Assembly (NCBI GenBank): GCA_046350795.1
Contig: JAXLZT010000001.1
Span: forward strand, 80,468-144,467
Origin: Minisyncoccota bacterium
GTDB lineage: Bacteria > Patescibacteriota > Minisyncoccia > Phycocordibacterales > CALRHW01
Direction: 5' to 3'
Length of the DNA stretch: 64,000 bases
In this document: piece by piece, positions 37,335 through 47,815 of the stretch
Numbering within the stretch: the stretch's first letter is position 1
Layout: every line of letters starts with the position of its first letter
Made by a program: the position numbers and the translations under genes
Notes under the pieces: model-generated
What the model was told of the DNA's origin: nothing
Seen by the model: only the letters and a program-made list of their open reading frames with translations
The model's database searches: none

Positions 37335-39068
37335 TTAAACAATAATATCAACCACCCTTAAACGCAATTCTGGATAATTTTTAAACATAGATTTTTCAAA
37401 AGTCGCTACCAGATTGATTTTCATACCAGCGACCAAACTTTCCCGATAATGTACTGAAGCAAAAAAACAAATAGCTGGGACCGACTTACCTTGTGGATGC
37501 GCAAAGCGAAGCTCTAAGTGGTTTTTTTCTTTACCAAAAAGTTTGGCTTCTTTTATCTCTACTTGCTCAAAAAGAAAAAGTGGCTTTGGATTGCCCACAC
37601 CAAAAGGAGCCAGCTTTTCTATCATCTTATATGTATTCCAGTTTACGTCCCCGATTGTGAGTTTTTTATCTATGACAATCTTTTCTATCTCCCGCCCCTT
37701 ATCACCGGCCATGATTTTTTCGTATGCAGACAAAATCTCATCTTCTAGTGTGTGAATTTTTTCATGAGACACAGCAAACCCACCAGACATTTTATGTCCA
37801 CCAAAGTGTGTAAAAGAATCTTTCGTCGCTTCCATCAGCTCCACCACACTTACTCTACCATCAGACCGACAAGATCCTTTTATAGTAGATCCGCCTTCAC
37901 GACCCCACAAAAACACAGTTACACCATAGTCATCTTTCAAAGTATTGGCCGCCAATCCGAGTAGTGATGGTCTCCAGTCAGGATTACCTATGACCACAAC
38001 TTTTTTCATTGTGCCGTTTTCTACACGATGTGTCAGAATTTTTTTAATCTCTTTTACCATTGATGCGACAATTCCCTTTCTCTCATCATTTATACTATTT
38101 AAATGCTCACTCAACACCCCGGCCTCGACTTCATCGCGAGTAGAAAGGAGTTTGAAAGCATCTAGTGGTACACCCATACGAGATGCGGCGTTGATACGAG
38201 GAGAAATCATAAAACCAATATCATCTTCAGAAATATGTCGTTGATTTGTTTTTACGGTGCGCAAAAGTTTGAGCAATCCAACACGAGGAGAAATCCGTAA
38301 AACCTTTAAACCATAATACGCAAAGACTCTATTTTCTCCGACAAGTGGCACCATATCTGAAAGCGTTGCAAGCCCCACCATATCCAGAAGCCATTTTTCC
38401 CAGCCATATCGCACATCTTTTATCATGTCCCTCTGACGCATGGTGTAAATAAGGCCCTGAACAAATTTAAAAATCACCCCAGAACCACAAAGAGTCTTTT
38501 CTGGATACTGACAGTCTACTTGTTTTGGATTGAGGATTGCGTATGCGGGAGGTATTTCACTACCAGCCTCATGATGATCTGTAATAATCACATCTAAACC
38601 AAGCTCTGATGCACGCTTTACAGCAACCACATCAGTAATGCCACAATCAATACTAATGACCAATCCCGCCCCACTCTTTGCAAACTCTTCTATAGCATCC
38701 ACGTGTATACCAAAGCCTTCATCTATACGATGTGGAATATAATTTTCAAAATTCTCGTAGCCGATTTTTTTAAAAATATCATGAAGCACTACCGCACCTG
38801 GTATACCATCAGCATCATAGTCACTATAAATAATTATTTTTTGTTTTTCTGATATTGCTTTTAGCACTCGCTCTACTGCGCGCTCCATATCTTTCATTCT
38901 ATATGGATGATGATTGTCTCGATCGTAGTCTGGATTTAAAAATTGCTCTGCTTGTTCACGACTCATTATCCCCCGCGCTCGCAACAAATCTCTGAGTAGC
39001 TCGGGGTAAGTATCCATTTCACCTTCTGTCGTTTGTGGTAAATTTTCCCGAAGCAAATATTGATTCAT
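37335..39068 (-). CDS. recJ: single-stranded-DNA-specific exonuclease RecJ
   Basis: DHH family motifs [23 protein letters not shown]1 domains. Confidence 0.88.
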   Translation of the reverse strand: MNQYLLRENLPQTTEGEMDTYPELLRDLLRARGIMSREQAEQFLNPDYDRDNHHPYRMKDMERAVERVLKAISEKQKIIIYSDYDADGIPGAVVLHDIFKKIGYENFENYIPHRIDEGFGIHVDAIEEFAKSGAGLVISIDCGITDVVAVKRASELGLDVIITDHHEAGSEIPPAYAILNPKQVDCQYPEKTLCGSGVIFKFVQGLIYTMRQRDMIKDVRYGWEKWLLDMVGLATLSDMVPLVGENRVFAYYGLKVLRISPRVGLLKLLRTVKTNQRHISEDDIGFMISPRINAASRMGVPLDAFKLLSTRDEVEAGVLSEHLNSINDERKGIVASMVKEIKKILTHRVENGTMKKVVVIGNPDWRPSLLGLAANTLKDDYGVTVFLWGREGGSTIKGSCRSDGRVSVVELMEATKDSFTHFGGHKMSGGFAVSHEKIHTLEDEILSAYEKIMAGDKGREIEKIVIDKKLTIGDVNWNTYKMIEKLAPFGVGNPKPLFLFEQVEIKEAKLFGKEKNHLELRFAHPQGKSVPAICFFASVHYRESLVAGMKINLVATFEKSMFKNYPELRLRVVDIIV

Positions 39069-39090
39069 ACATTTATTTTATCACATCAAA

Positions 39091-39468
39091 ATGTATAATA
39101 TAGATATGAATGATTGTATCTTTTGTAAAATAGTGCGCGGAGAAATACCTTCGCATAAAGTATACGAGGACGATAAGTTTTTAGCTTTTTTGGACATCAA
39201 CCCTCGTGCGCCAGGACATACGCTAGTGGTACCAAAAGAGCATCACAGATGGGTATGGGACGTGCCCGAAGTAGGCGCTTATTTTGAAATCGCTTCCAAA
39301 ATAGCAAAAGCTCAGCAAAAAGCTTTTGACACAGAAATGATTCTCTCTAGAGTCACAGGAGAAGAAGTACCTCATGCACACATTTGGGTATTTCCAAATG
39401 CAGAAAAAGCTGTCGGTGATAAAAAAGATTTTGTATCAAACGCAGATAAAATAAAAGAAAACTTATAA
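39091..39468 (+). CDS. HIT-family (histidine triad) hydrolase
   Basis: CIFCKIV...[11 protein letters not shown]...HAHIWVFP. Confidence 0.85.
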   Translation: MYNIDMNDCIFCKIVRGEIPSHKVYEDDKFLAFLDINPRAPGHTLVVPKEHHRWVWDVPEVGAYFEIASKIAKAQQKAFDTEMILSRVTGEEVPHAHIWVFPNAEKAVGDKKDFVSNADKIKENL

Positions 39469-39586
39469 ATAAAAGACGTATTAGACCAGACTTGACTTTT
39501 CTATAAAAAATGTTAGATTTTGCTGGTTCGTGGAAACAATTCACGACAAGCACATTCACACTTCAAATCTCACAGGAGACTGGACA

Positions 39587-40673
39587 CATGAAGAAGGTTC
39601 TTTTCGTCGCACAAGATGCGGCGCCAAGCAGGGCATTCCAGAGGTTTGCCCCTGCTTTGACTGAGGCTGGTTTTGGCGTTGAGCTCATTGTCGCTGACGG
39701 CAAGACCTTCCCGACAATCGACGGAGGCATGTCTCGAAAGGTGGGGTCTGCGGACCTACTTGTCATTGGCATGTCCTCACGACCTGAGTACGCAACGGAC
39801 GAATTGTTTGCCGCCAAGCAAGCAATCAAGTCTGGGGTGCCACTCGCCTGCTACGGTGACGTGCCAGGCTGTCATGTGCGTCACGCTTTCTGGGGGAATG
39901 ACATCTCCCGAGAGCTTTCGCTCTACCTCGGCTACAACCAAGCAGAGGAGGACGGCGTGCGGAAGTCTTTCCCAAACGCTCGTTTCCGTGCGATCGGCAA
40001 CCCACTTCGTGAGGAGATGGCATTTGCGCGATATACTCGCGAAGAGGTGCGTCTCCGTCTGGGTGTCACCCCAGATGACAAGGTCATTCTGGTGGGCGGT
40101 GGCAAGAGTCCATACAGCAACATGGTTCGTATCGGGCTCGTGCTCGAAACGATGAACATGTTGGATGGATTCCGCAAGACGCCCATCAAGGTGTTGCTCT
40201 CTCTGCATCCGGGAGACAAGGCGCCGGTCTCCAACTACGACGAAATCGTCAAGGAGAGTCCGGTGCCATTCCGGATTGCTGAGTCCATCAAGGGAAAGTT
40301 CGAGACCTCCGACATGATCGGGGGCGCCGATCTGGTCTTTTGCGGACTCACTGGTTCGACAGCCATCGAAGCCGCCTACAAGCGGATTCCGGTCATTCAG
40401 ACCGGTGGTGAGATCGAGCTTGTGAAGCTCTTCAAGGAAACCGGATCAAGGACTCCTGAAGCAGTGGCCGTTGGAGCATCATTGTTCTGCAACGGAGGAA
40501 ACTGCGGGCTCGATCTCGTAAGAGCAATGGATCTGATCTGGGGCACTGGTGTGGGAGCAAGCCTCATGAACGACCAAGCCTCCGCCTACCCGATCCCACA
40601 AAGGGTCGGGCAGGCAACGGAAAACGCTGTCAACGTAATCCGTGAATTCTTGGAAGTTCCGGCCATGGCCTGA
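39587..40673 (+). CDS. high-GC hypothetical protein, two Rossmann-like halves (GT-B glycosyltransferase / UDP-sugar epimerase-like)
   Basis: RBS AGGAGA before ATG 39587; KVLFVAQDAAPSRAFQRFAPAL N-terminus, KVILVGGGKSP and DLVFCGLTGSTAIEAAYKRIPVI in second half; about 60% GC. Confidence 0.5.
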
Positions 40674-40715
40674 CGACCTTGCACCAAGTGGTGCACACGC
40701 TCTTTTTGAAACAGT

Positions 40716-40760
40716 GGGGCCGGCGCGTTTCGCGCCGGCCCTTTCTCTTTGTATTTTATT
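40716..40760. terminator. bidirectional terminator GGGGCCGGCGCG-tttc-GCGCCGGCCC plus T-rich tail
   Basis: 12-bp GC stem between convergent genes. Confidence 0.7.
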
Positions 40761-41880
40761 TTTTCAAAGCTTCAATCCCCGGCAGTGTCCCATTCGCCAA
40801 AAAATCAAGCATCGCACCACCACCAGAAGATACGAAGTTAAATTTTTTTTCTAGATCCATAGAAGAAATAGCAGCAAGAGTATCTGCCCCACCCACCACA
40901 GACTCTGCAGATGTATCTGCTATTTTCCCAGCAAGCTCCAGGGTTCCTTCCTTAAAACCAATTTCAAAATTACCCAGAGGTCCATTCCATAATACATACT
41001 GGGCACTATCTACAAGCTCAGCTAGATTTATGAGAGTCTCAGCACCAGCGTCTACTATTACATCATCCTGTCCCACCTCAGTCGGTAACTTTATAGATAT
41101 CTCATCACCATGCTTTACCACCACATCCGTAGGCAAAACTATCTTTTTGCTATCAAGCATTTCTTTTAGTTCAAAAACTCCCTCAGACACAACAGACGCA
41201 CCGATAGGATAGCCTAGCTCTTTGAAAAAATTGTGTGCAAGTGCCCCACCCACAAATACAGTGTCAGCTATTTTCAAAAACTTTTTTATAAGAGGTATTT
41301 TTGTATCAAACTTTGCGCCACCGAGAATAAAAACAAAAGGATGCGGAGGATTGAACGTTTTTGATAAATGCTCTATCTCACTTTGAAAAAGAAGACCGAC
41401 AAATCCGGGTAAATATTTAGGAATACCGACTATAGAAGAGTGCTCTCTGTGTGAACAAGAAAAAGCATCATTTACATAAAAATCAGCAAGGCTAGCGAGT
41501 GACTTTGCAAAATCTTGATCATTTTCTTTTTCACCTGGATATACTCGTAAATTTTCAAACAAAACCACCTCACCATCTTTCATAGCGTTAACGGTCTCTA
41601 AGGTCGTAACATCTACATATTTTTCTATAAAAGAAATCGGCATTCTTTCTTTTAAATATTCAAAAACGGGTTTTAAAGTAGCGGACTCCTTCCCTTCGCA
41701 GTGACTTAGTATGATTATTTTTGCTCCACGAGACTGTAGTAGCTCTATGGTAGGCATGGATTTTCTAATACGAAAATCATCAAAAACTTTTCCATTACGC
41801 AAAGGCACATTAAAATCTAAACGCAAAATAACCTTTTTACCCCTTACATCATTCATTTCTGTTACTGAGCGTGGCATCAT
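40756..41880 (-). CDS. pgk: phosphoglycerate kinase
   Basis: RLDFNVPL, hinge and C-terminal GGGA motifs. Confidence 0.92.
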   Translation of the reverse strand: MMPRSVTEMNDVRGKKVILRLDFNVPLRNGKVFDDFRIRKSMPTIELLQSRGAKIIILSHCEGKESATLKPVFEYLKERMPISFIEKYVDVTTLETVNAMKDGEVVLFENLRVYPGEKENDQDFAKSLASLADFYVNDAFSCSHREHSSIVGIPKYLPGFVGLLFQSEIEHLSKTFNPPHPFVFILGGAKFDTKIPLIKKFLKIADTVFVGGALAHNFFKELGYPIGASVVSEGVFELKEMLDSKKIVLPTDVVVKHGDEISIKLPTEVGQDDVIVDAGAETLINLAELVDSAQYVLWNGPLGNFEIGFKEGTLELAGKIADTSAESVVGGADTLAAISSMDLEKKFNFVSSGGGAMLDFLANGTLPGIEALKK

Positions 41881-41893
41881 AATATTAAAAATT

Positions 41894-42670
41894 TTATTTT
41901 GCAGTACTAACTATTTTTATAATCTCTCCAAAATTTATTGGCTCAAGACTTTGTCTACCCACCAAAAAACCATCAACCTGCCCAGACTCTATAATATCCC
42001 TAGCGTTTATCGGCGCCACAGATCCACCATATAAAATAAGATTTTTTGATGTCTCATCTTTACCGTAAATATCCGCGAGTACTTTTTTTATAAAAATAGA
42101 AATTTCCTGCATGTCTTTTCCAACCATTGCATTGTTAAAACTTTTTCCTATAGCCCAGACAGGTTCGTATGCAATAACTATGTTTGATAGGTAACGCTTT
42201 TGCACTTTTGAAAGCGACTCGGTAAGTTGGTTTTTTAAAAACTCCAGATAATCACCATTTTCATCACGCACTTTTTCACCAATACACAAAATAACTTTTA
42301 GATTTTTCTCGACAGCTTCCTTTACCTTTTTTGTAATCATCTCACTTGTTTCTCCCATCGCCCTCCTCTCAGAATGTCCCACTATCACATATGTACATCC
42401 TAAATCACGCAACATACTAGCGCTCACCTCTCCAGTAAAAGAACCCGCCTCCTCCCAAAACACATCCTGAGCACCAATAAATATACCTCCGGCTATTTTA
42501 TTGAGAGGATAGATATGAGAAAAAGAAGGACATATTGCTACATTTACACCCTTTATGCTATCTGCCGCCTTTTTTATTCTTTTAAAAATTTTACGTGCGT
42601 CTTCTGTTGTCTGCGGATTCATCTTCCAGTTACCCACCACTAGTTTCTCTCTTTTTGTTGTTTTTGCCAT
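41894..42670 (-). CDS. tpiA: triosephosphate isomerase
   Basis: VVGNWKMN, IVGHSERR, YEPVWAIGKS. Confidence 0.93.
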   Translation of the reverse strand: MAKTTKREKLVVGNWKMNPQTTEDARKIFKRIKKAADSIKGVNVAICPSFSHIYPLNKIAGGIFIGAQDVFWEEAGSFTGEVSASMLRDLGCTYVIVGHSERRAMGETSEMITKKVKEAVEKNLKVILCIGEKVRDENGDYLEFLKNQLTESLSKVQKRYLSNIVIAYEPVWAIGKSFNNAMVGKDMQEISIFIKKVLADIYGKDETSKNLILYGGSVAPINARDIIESGQVDGFLVGRQSLEPINFGEIIKIVSTAK

Positions 42671-42686
42671 TACTGTATTTTATCAC

Positions 42687-44162
42687 TTATTCTATCTCTT
42701 CCCAAGACAGTATCGTATATTGATCAGATGTAAGAGGAAAACTAGGCGGTGGACCATATAGAAGATTGGCATCATATATTATCTGTCTTGTGTCATATCC
42801 GGTCCCATCTGTATAAGCAAAACCATAACGATTGTAGGTAGCCAACATTCCATACAGAGTAATAATGCTTCTTGTATACCAATTATTTCCACCAGATTTA
42901 CAGCTAGTACTGTAATAATACCTTCCCACTCTGCCGTTTTGTGCCACCAAAGCAGCATCTATACGTAGATCGTTCTCGCTCACCATTCCCACGTTTATAT
43001 CTTTCTGTGCAATAAGAGAAAGAACGTCTTGTCCATCATAGTTTGTATATTTTAAATCATTATTTACTGTAATACTCGTGCGTGTAGACGAGTTATCTGG
43101 AAACTTACCCGAAGCAATGGTGAGTCTAGCTGTATTTATAGTGCCCTCTACCCACAAATTGTCCTCAACAAAAATAATTCCGTTGGTTGGAAAGTTCTGA
43201 TTTGATTGCAAAAGAGTCGTACCATTGACACTCCATGTTCCCCATCCAGTTTGATTTTGAGAATTGGAACAACTACCGGGTGGAGACACCAGTGTGTTTA
43301 CTTTGTATAAATCAAACTTATCATTATTTTTTAAAACTAGTTTATATCCAAGGGCACCAGATCCAGCAAAATATCTTCCAGAAGACTGAGCGCTGGATTT
43401 CATCTGGGCTAAATCAGAAGTAAGACCAGTAAAATCAACTGCTGGCACAGGAAACTGTCTGCCGGCCTCAAAAACATCTGCTCTAGTGGGCACGGGACTA
43501 GTAGGCGGTGCCTCATTTGGACGAAAAGCATCATTTATTCCAGAAGACGGTGGTGCGTTAACATGTGTATGTACAGCAAACTCATTATTACCACTATGAT
43601 CTGGGTCGTCGTACTCAGAAAGAGCACTTGAAATAGTGTTATGTGCCAAACCATCAAAACGAATTCCACCGTTTGAATGAATTGGTCCAAATACTTCTGT
43701 ACCTTCTCCAAAACGCATATCTCCGTTTGAAACAAAAGCAAATTTTGCAAAAGAAGCTATAGCCAACTGTGATTCTATAGTACGAGAGGCGCTGGGATCA
43801 GCGAGTACATTACCGGTAGACCTAATCTTTACAATAGTTGTGCCAGTAGGCGGTGGTGTTATGGTTAAAACAAAATTTCCAACTTCCACACCGTCTTTAT
43901 CATAAAAAGAATGAGTATATGGTCCAGGCTGACCAGTACCATCTTGATAGTCTTGTGGTGCATGAGCTAAATGCCACCTATAATAATCTATCCCTGCTTC
44001 TGCTATTTGTATTGCTTGCTCTCTGTATACAGAGCGTTTTGATAATTTTATATTTGAAGCGCCCCACATAATAAGACCACCCATTACAACCACAGCAATA
44101 GAAGAAAAAACGAGCGCTTGGATTATTAGAAAACCACTTTTTTTGTTTCGAGAAGCTATCAT
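42687..44162 (-). CDS. type IV pilus-associated protein with PilX-like N-terminal anchor (putative minor/tip pilin)
   Basis: N-terminal KKSGFLIIQALVFSSIAVVVMGG hydrophobic helix, large Gly/Asn/Thr-rich beta domain; in pilin cluster. Confidence 0.55.
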   Translation of the reverse strand: MIASRNKKSGFLIIQALVFSSIAVVVMGGLIMWGASNIKLSKRSVYREQAIQIAEAGIDYYRWHLAHAPQDYQDGTGQPGPYTHSFYDKDGVEVGNFVLTITPPPTGTTIVKIRSTGNVLADPSASRTIESQLAIASFAKFAFVSNGDMRFGEGTEVFGPIHSNGGIRFDGLAHNTISSALSEYDDPDHSGNNEFAVHTHVNAPPSSGINDAFRPNEAPPTSPVPTRADVFEAGRQFPVPAVDFTGLTSDLAQMKSSAQSSGRYFAGSGALGYKLVLKNNDKFDLYKVNTLVSPPGSCSNSQNQTGWGTWSVNGTTLLQSNQNFPTNGIIFVEDNLWVEGTINTARLTIASGKFPDNSSTRTSITVNNDLKYTNYDGQDVLSLIAQKDINVGMVSENDLRIDAALVAQNGRVGRYYYSTSCKSGGNNWYTRSIITLYGMLATYNRYGFAYTDGTGYDTRQIIYDANLLYGPPPSFPLTSDQYTILSWEEIE

Positions 44163-44776
44163 AAATTATCTTTCAAATTTCTTGGTGTTACTTGAGATGT
44201 AACAGTAGATGGACCAGGTGGACGATTTACATCTTTATCAATTGTAACGTTGATTTTTATAAGGCGCACTGAAAGCGTATCTACCGGCATAGATAAAGGT
44301 GTAGTAGTGCCAGCATAAGATGAATCATAATAACTAAATATTGGTGAGCTTGTAGCGTTTACCACATTTGTTATTAAAGTTTCTATTTTTTCTGTACCAG
44401 TATAACCCACTGGATTACCCGAAGGATCTACCACACCCTTTTTTAAAGATCCATTTTGTAAATAATAACGCACTTTTTCTTTTGACCCATCATTATCTAT
44501 ATCAGTGTAAAAAGTCATAGTACTAGTGGCCGCCTGAGCTATAGGATATGCACCGGCTGCAGACTGAGACATAGATCGTAATTCCCCCACCATAATACGA
44601 AGCACCCTACCACCTTCAAATTGCGCATTGAGACTACCCTGCAAACTATAATTGAGAGAAAAAATATCTTTCTGAAATGTTGTAATGCCCACTATTATCA
44701 GAGTCAAAATACCGAGCACCACTAGGGTTTCTACAATCGAATATCCGCTATTATTTTTTTTAAATCTAAAATACAT
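44159..44776 (-). CDS. type IV pilin-like protein (prepilin-type N-terminal domain)
   Basis: NNSG-YSIVETLVVLGILTLIIVGI class III signal / methylation motif. Confidence 0.7.
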   Translation of the reverse strand: MYFRFKKNNSGYSIVETLVVLGILTLIIVGITTFQKDIFSLNYSLQGSLNAQFEGGRVLRIMVGELRSMSQSAAGAYPIAQAATSTMTFYTDIDNDGSKEKVRYYLQNGSLKKGVVDPSGNPVGYTGTEKIETLITNVVNATSSPIFSYYDSSYAGTTTPLSMPVDTLSVRLIKINVTIDKDVNRPPGPSTVTSQVTPRNLKDNL

Positions 44777-44780
44777 AAAT

Positions 44781-46559
44781 TTATTCTGGTAAAAGGACAA
44801 TGTCATGTTGTTGCCAATTTGCTGAGACCGGTACAGAATCAGTCACATCCTCATATCCAGTTCTAGAAACAGTTACATCATAAGTGCCAGCAGATAAATC
44901 AGAGAAGAAAGCTTGTCCGGGCGGTATACAAGAGGAGGTATAAGTAAAAGAAATCTGCGCGATATTTGGTGTAAGCGTTGTGCTAGCTGTGTTTAAGAAA
45001 ATTTTATATCTTAAATATTCATTGTTATTGTGTGCTGAACTTAAATCTGGTGTAGAAATTGTGTAATAAGATCCAGCGGTACCATCTGGTCCAATAAAAT
45101 TCCATGTAGCATTGTCATTGTTAGTTGCCACTTTGAAACGTACATTGTCAGCACCAGTATCTGCTGGCTGACCTACAGGCTCCCACAATATCTTATTAAA
45201 ATTGCTTGTCGTACCGGTATCAAAAGTTGAGCTTATCAAAAAACCATCAGTAATATATGTACCGAATACATTTCTCAATCTCAACTCACCTGTCGGATTA
45301 TTTGTCTCAATATTTCCATCTGAACTAAAATACTGATCATCATTTACCATATTTGATTGACCACTACCGCCAGACCAATCACTTTGAGTAGAGAAACCTT
45401 GACCAGTAATAAGGGTTTGAGTGAAAGAACCAGATGTAATAGTCACCTCTGCGCCAGATATCGGTAGTTGTGTACTCGCATCCCTCACAGATACGAGCAG
45501 GCTTTTAGTATTTTTAGGAACCACAATCAAGTCCACGTCTTGGGACGAATTTGGAACAAGAGCAAATGGGTTTGGCGGATTCATACCCACCAAATCATAT
45601 GAGCTATCAGTAAGGTCAACAGTGTATGTATCCCAGCGCATATTTGACACAGTTTTTCTCCCAGAAGAATTTGTAACATGATCCACAGAATATTTCCTTA
45701 CATCAGGATTTGTACCAATAGAAGTAGCGCCGGTAAGTGTAAAATCGATATTTGGCACCGTCGCGCAAGATGGAGTAATACTAGAAAAATTGATGGTGCT
45801 CACGCGATCTATAACCAAAGTGACTTGGGTCACTTGTTGCACTGCCACAGTTGCGTGTGGCTTTATTGGATTTGGATTATTTACATCACCTGAAGTATAT
45901 GTCTGATCACTTGTATACCCGGACTTGCTTACTGTTATCTGATAAGACTGCACTCCAGGTGGCACATCCACCACCTGCAACATACCAGATGTATTGGTAA
46001 CGTCATCAATTACAAGATCCGGATTGGGTTGCGTATTTACAATATGCACATCTGCATCAGATACGGGCTGACCATTTGAATCCAATACCTGAATAAAAAG
46101 TGCGCCATTTGTAGAAGCTGTCTCTAAATTTTTTGGAGCAACCCTAGAAGTAATACTCATTCCAGAAAAATTTTTACATGTATCACAAGTCACCCCTATT
46201 TCCACAAGACGATAGTCAGCTGGAGAGAGATCATTTGGTGATTGACCAATAAGCCCATCAAAAGGATCGTCTATATTTCTTATGGTTGTGGTGACCAAAA
46301 AAGAAACACCGTCTCGCACCAAAGTCTGCTCATGTGGCAAAACACCAGACGGCACAGAGTTGACTATACCTACATCTACATATTCAAGATTGCGAATAAT
46401 TTCAAACTGTTCGTTTATCAAATTCGCAGCTGTTATTTTTACATGCGAAGCGCCTACTACACCATATATAGAAGTAAATCCGCCATAAACACTGACAGAT
46501 ACAAGTAAAAACAGAGCGACTCCCACAAGCACTTCTACTAGAGTAAGACCTTTATTCAT
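44781..46559 (-). CDS. large (592 aa) type IV pilin-like protein with C-terminal beta-sandwich domains
   Basis: MNKG-LTLVEVLVGVALFLLV prepilin N-terminus followed by long Thr/Ser/Asn/Val-rich domains. Confidence 0.7.
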   Translation of the reverse strand: MNKGLTLVEVLVGVALFLLVSVSVYGGFTSIYGVVGASHVKITAANLINEQFEIIRNLEYVDVGIVNSVPSGVLPHEQTLVRDGVSFLVTTTIRNIDDPFDGLIGQSPNDLSPADYRLVEIGVTCDTCKNFSGMSITSRVAPKNLETASTNGALFIQVLDSNGQPVSDADVHIVNTQPNPDLVIDDVTNTSGMLQVVDVPPGVQSYQITVSKSGYTSDQTYTSGDVNNPNPIKPHATVAVQQVTQVTLVIDRVSTINFSSITPSCATVPNIDFTLTGATSIGTNPDVRKYSVDHVTNSSGRKTVSNMRWDTYTVDLTDSSYDLVGMNPPNPFALVPNSSQDVDLIVVPKNTKSLLVSVRDASTQLPISGAEVTITSGSFTQTLITGQGFSTQSDWSGGSGQSNMVNDDQYFSSDGNIETNNPTGELRLRNVFGTYITDGFLISSTFDTGTTSNFNKILWEPVGQPADTGADNVRFKVATNNDNATWNFIGPDGTAGSYYTISTPDLSSAHNNNEYLRYKIFLNTASTTLTPNIAQISFTYTSSCIPPGQAFFSDLSAGTYDVTVSRTGYEDVTDSVPVSANWQQHDIVLLPE

Positions 46560-46567
46560 GGTTTAAA

Positions 46568-47788
46568 TTAAATTGCGTCGGCAAGAGAATACATCGGTCC
46601 GAGCATAGATATCGCAAAAAATCCAACACCGATACCAATAACGACCATCAAAAATGGTTCTATAATGGTCGACATGTCTTTTGTTTTTTGATCAACCTCT
46701 TCTTCATAAAATTGAGCTACGTTTGCAAGCATTTCAGATAATTTTCCTGTCTCCTCTCCAATGCTCACCATCTCCCCCACAAACACCGGGTAAAGTTTTT
46801 CGTGTTTTAAGAAAATATTTGAAACCGGATCTCCTTTTTCTATATTTATCTCAGCCTCTTTTAACACAGCTTTATAATAAGAATTTTGAATAACATCTTG
46901 TGTAATACGTACAGCCACAAGCACATCCACACCAGAAGAAAGTAGAGAAGAAAAAGTACGTGCAGTACGAGCGGAGTTGAGATCTTTTACAATTCCAGAA
47001 ATCACGGGTACGTGAAGCACAAAAGTATCTAAAGCCCTCTTGCCTCTTTTTGTCTTTATAGAAAAATAAAAAACCAAACCAACAGTAATAAGGATTAATA
47101 GATTTATAATAATATGATTTTTCAAAAAGTCTGACAGCCAAATAACCATTTTTGTAGAAAAAGGTAAGGAAACATTCAAATCTTTAAAGGTTGATGTAAG
47201 TGTCGGCACCAAATATATAAGCATCAAAACACCTATAGTAATCATAATAGACAAAATAATTGCTGGATATATGAGCGCTCCACGAATTTTTTTTGTAAGC
47301 TGATAAGCTTTTTCAAGCTGAGCAGACACCACCTTAAGAGACTGAGTGACACTACCGCTTTCCTCTCCAGATTTAACCATTGATACAAAGAGTGAAGAAA
47401 AAACATCCAAATGCTTTGCCATTGCCTCACTTAGAGCACTTCCCTTGCCGATATCAACATTGAGTTCACCTATTACTTTTTTAAATTTCTTATTTTTTGT
47501 CTGTCGCTCCATTACAGAAAGCGCACGCGCCAAAGGCAATCCAGCTTCTATCATTGTGCCGAGGTTTTTTGCAAACATTATCTTGTCTATTGTCTTAACC
47601 CTACCCAGTAGATTGCCAAAATGAATATTTTTAACAAAACCCACTCCATCTTTTTGCTCCTCAGCAAAAGTAACGGTGTCCCCGTCTAGACGAATCTGCT
47701 GATATAGAGCAGATTTACTTTCTGCTTCTTTTACACCACTATATTTTTCACCCGTCTTTTTTACCGCTTTGAAGTTAAATTTTGGCAT
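46568..47788 (-). CDS. pilC: type IV pilus assembly platform protein PilC (GspF family)
   Basis: two T2SS-F repeats, three TM segments. Confidence 0.88.
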   Translation of the reverse strand: MPKFNFKAVKKTGEKYSGVKEAESKSALYQQIRLDGDTVTFAEEQKDGVGFVKNIHFGNLLGRVKTIDKIMFAKNLGTMIEAGLPLARALSVMERQTKNKKFKKVIGELNVDIGKGSALSEAMAKHLDVFSSLFVSMVKSGEESGSVTQSLKVVSAQLEKAYQLTKKIRGALIYPAIILSIMITIGVLMLIYLVPTLTSTFKDLNVSLPFSTKMVIWLSDFLKNHIIINLLILITVGLVFYFSIKTKRGKRALDTFVLHVPVISGIVKDLNSARTARTFSSLLSSGVDVLVAVRITQDVIQNSYYKAVLKEAEINIEKGDPVSNIFLKHEKLYPVFVGEMVSIGEETGKLSEMLANVAQFYEEEVDQKTKDMSTIIEPFLMVVIGIGVGFFAISMLGPMYSLADAI

Positions 47789-47815
47789 ATAGTTTTACGA
47801 TATTTATTAGAAAAA

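Noticed and set aside
39494-39530. Sigma70-like promoter TTGACT-N16-TAGATT upstream of the high-GC GT-B-like gene
   Set aside because: Only a weak -10 match, and hexamer spotting in AT-rich DNA is unreliable; not reported as a feature.
39563-40234. Several 65-160-aa ORFs on both strands inside 39587-40673
   Set aside because: Typical spurious long ORFs of a high-GC segment. The 362-aa plus-strand frame with RBS and terminator is the only coherent one.
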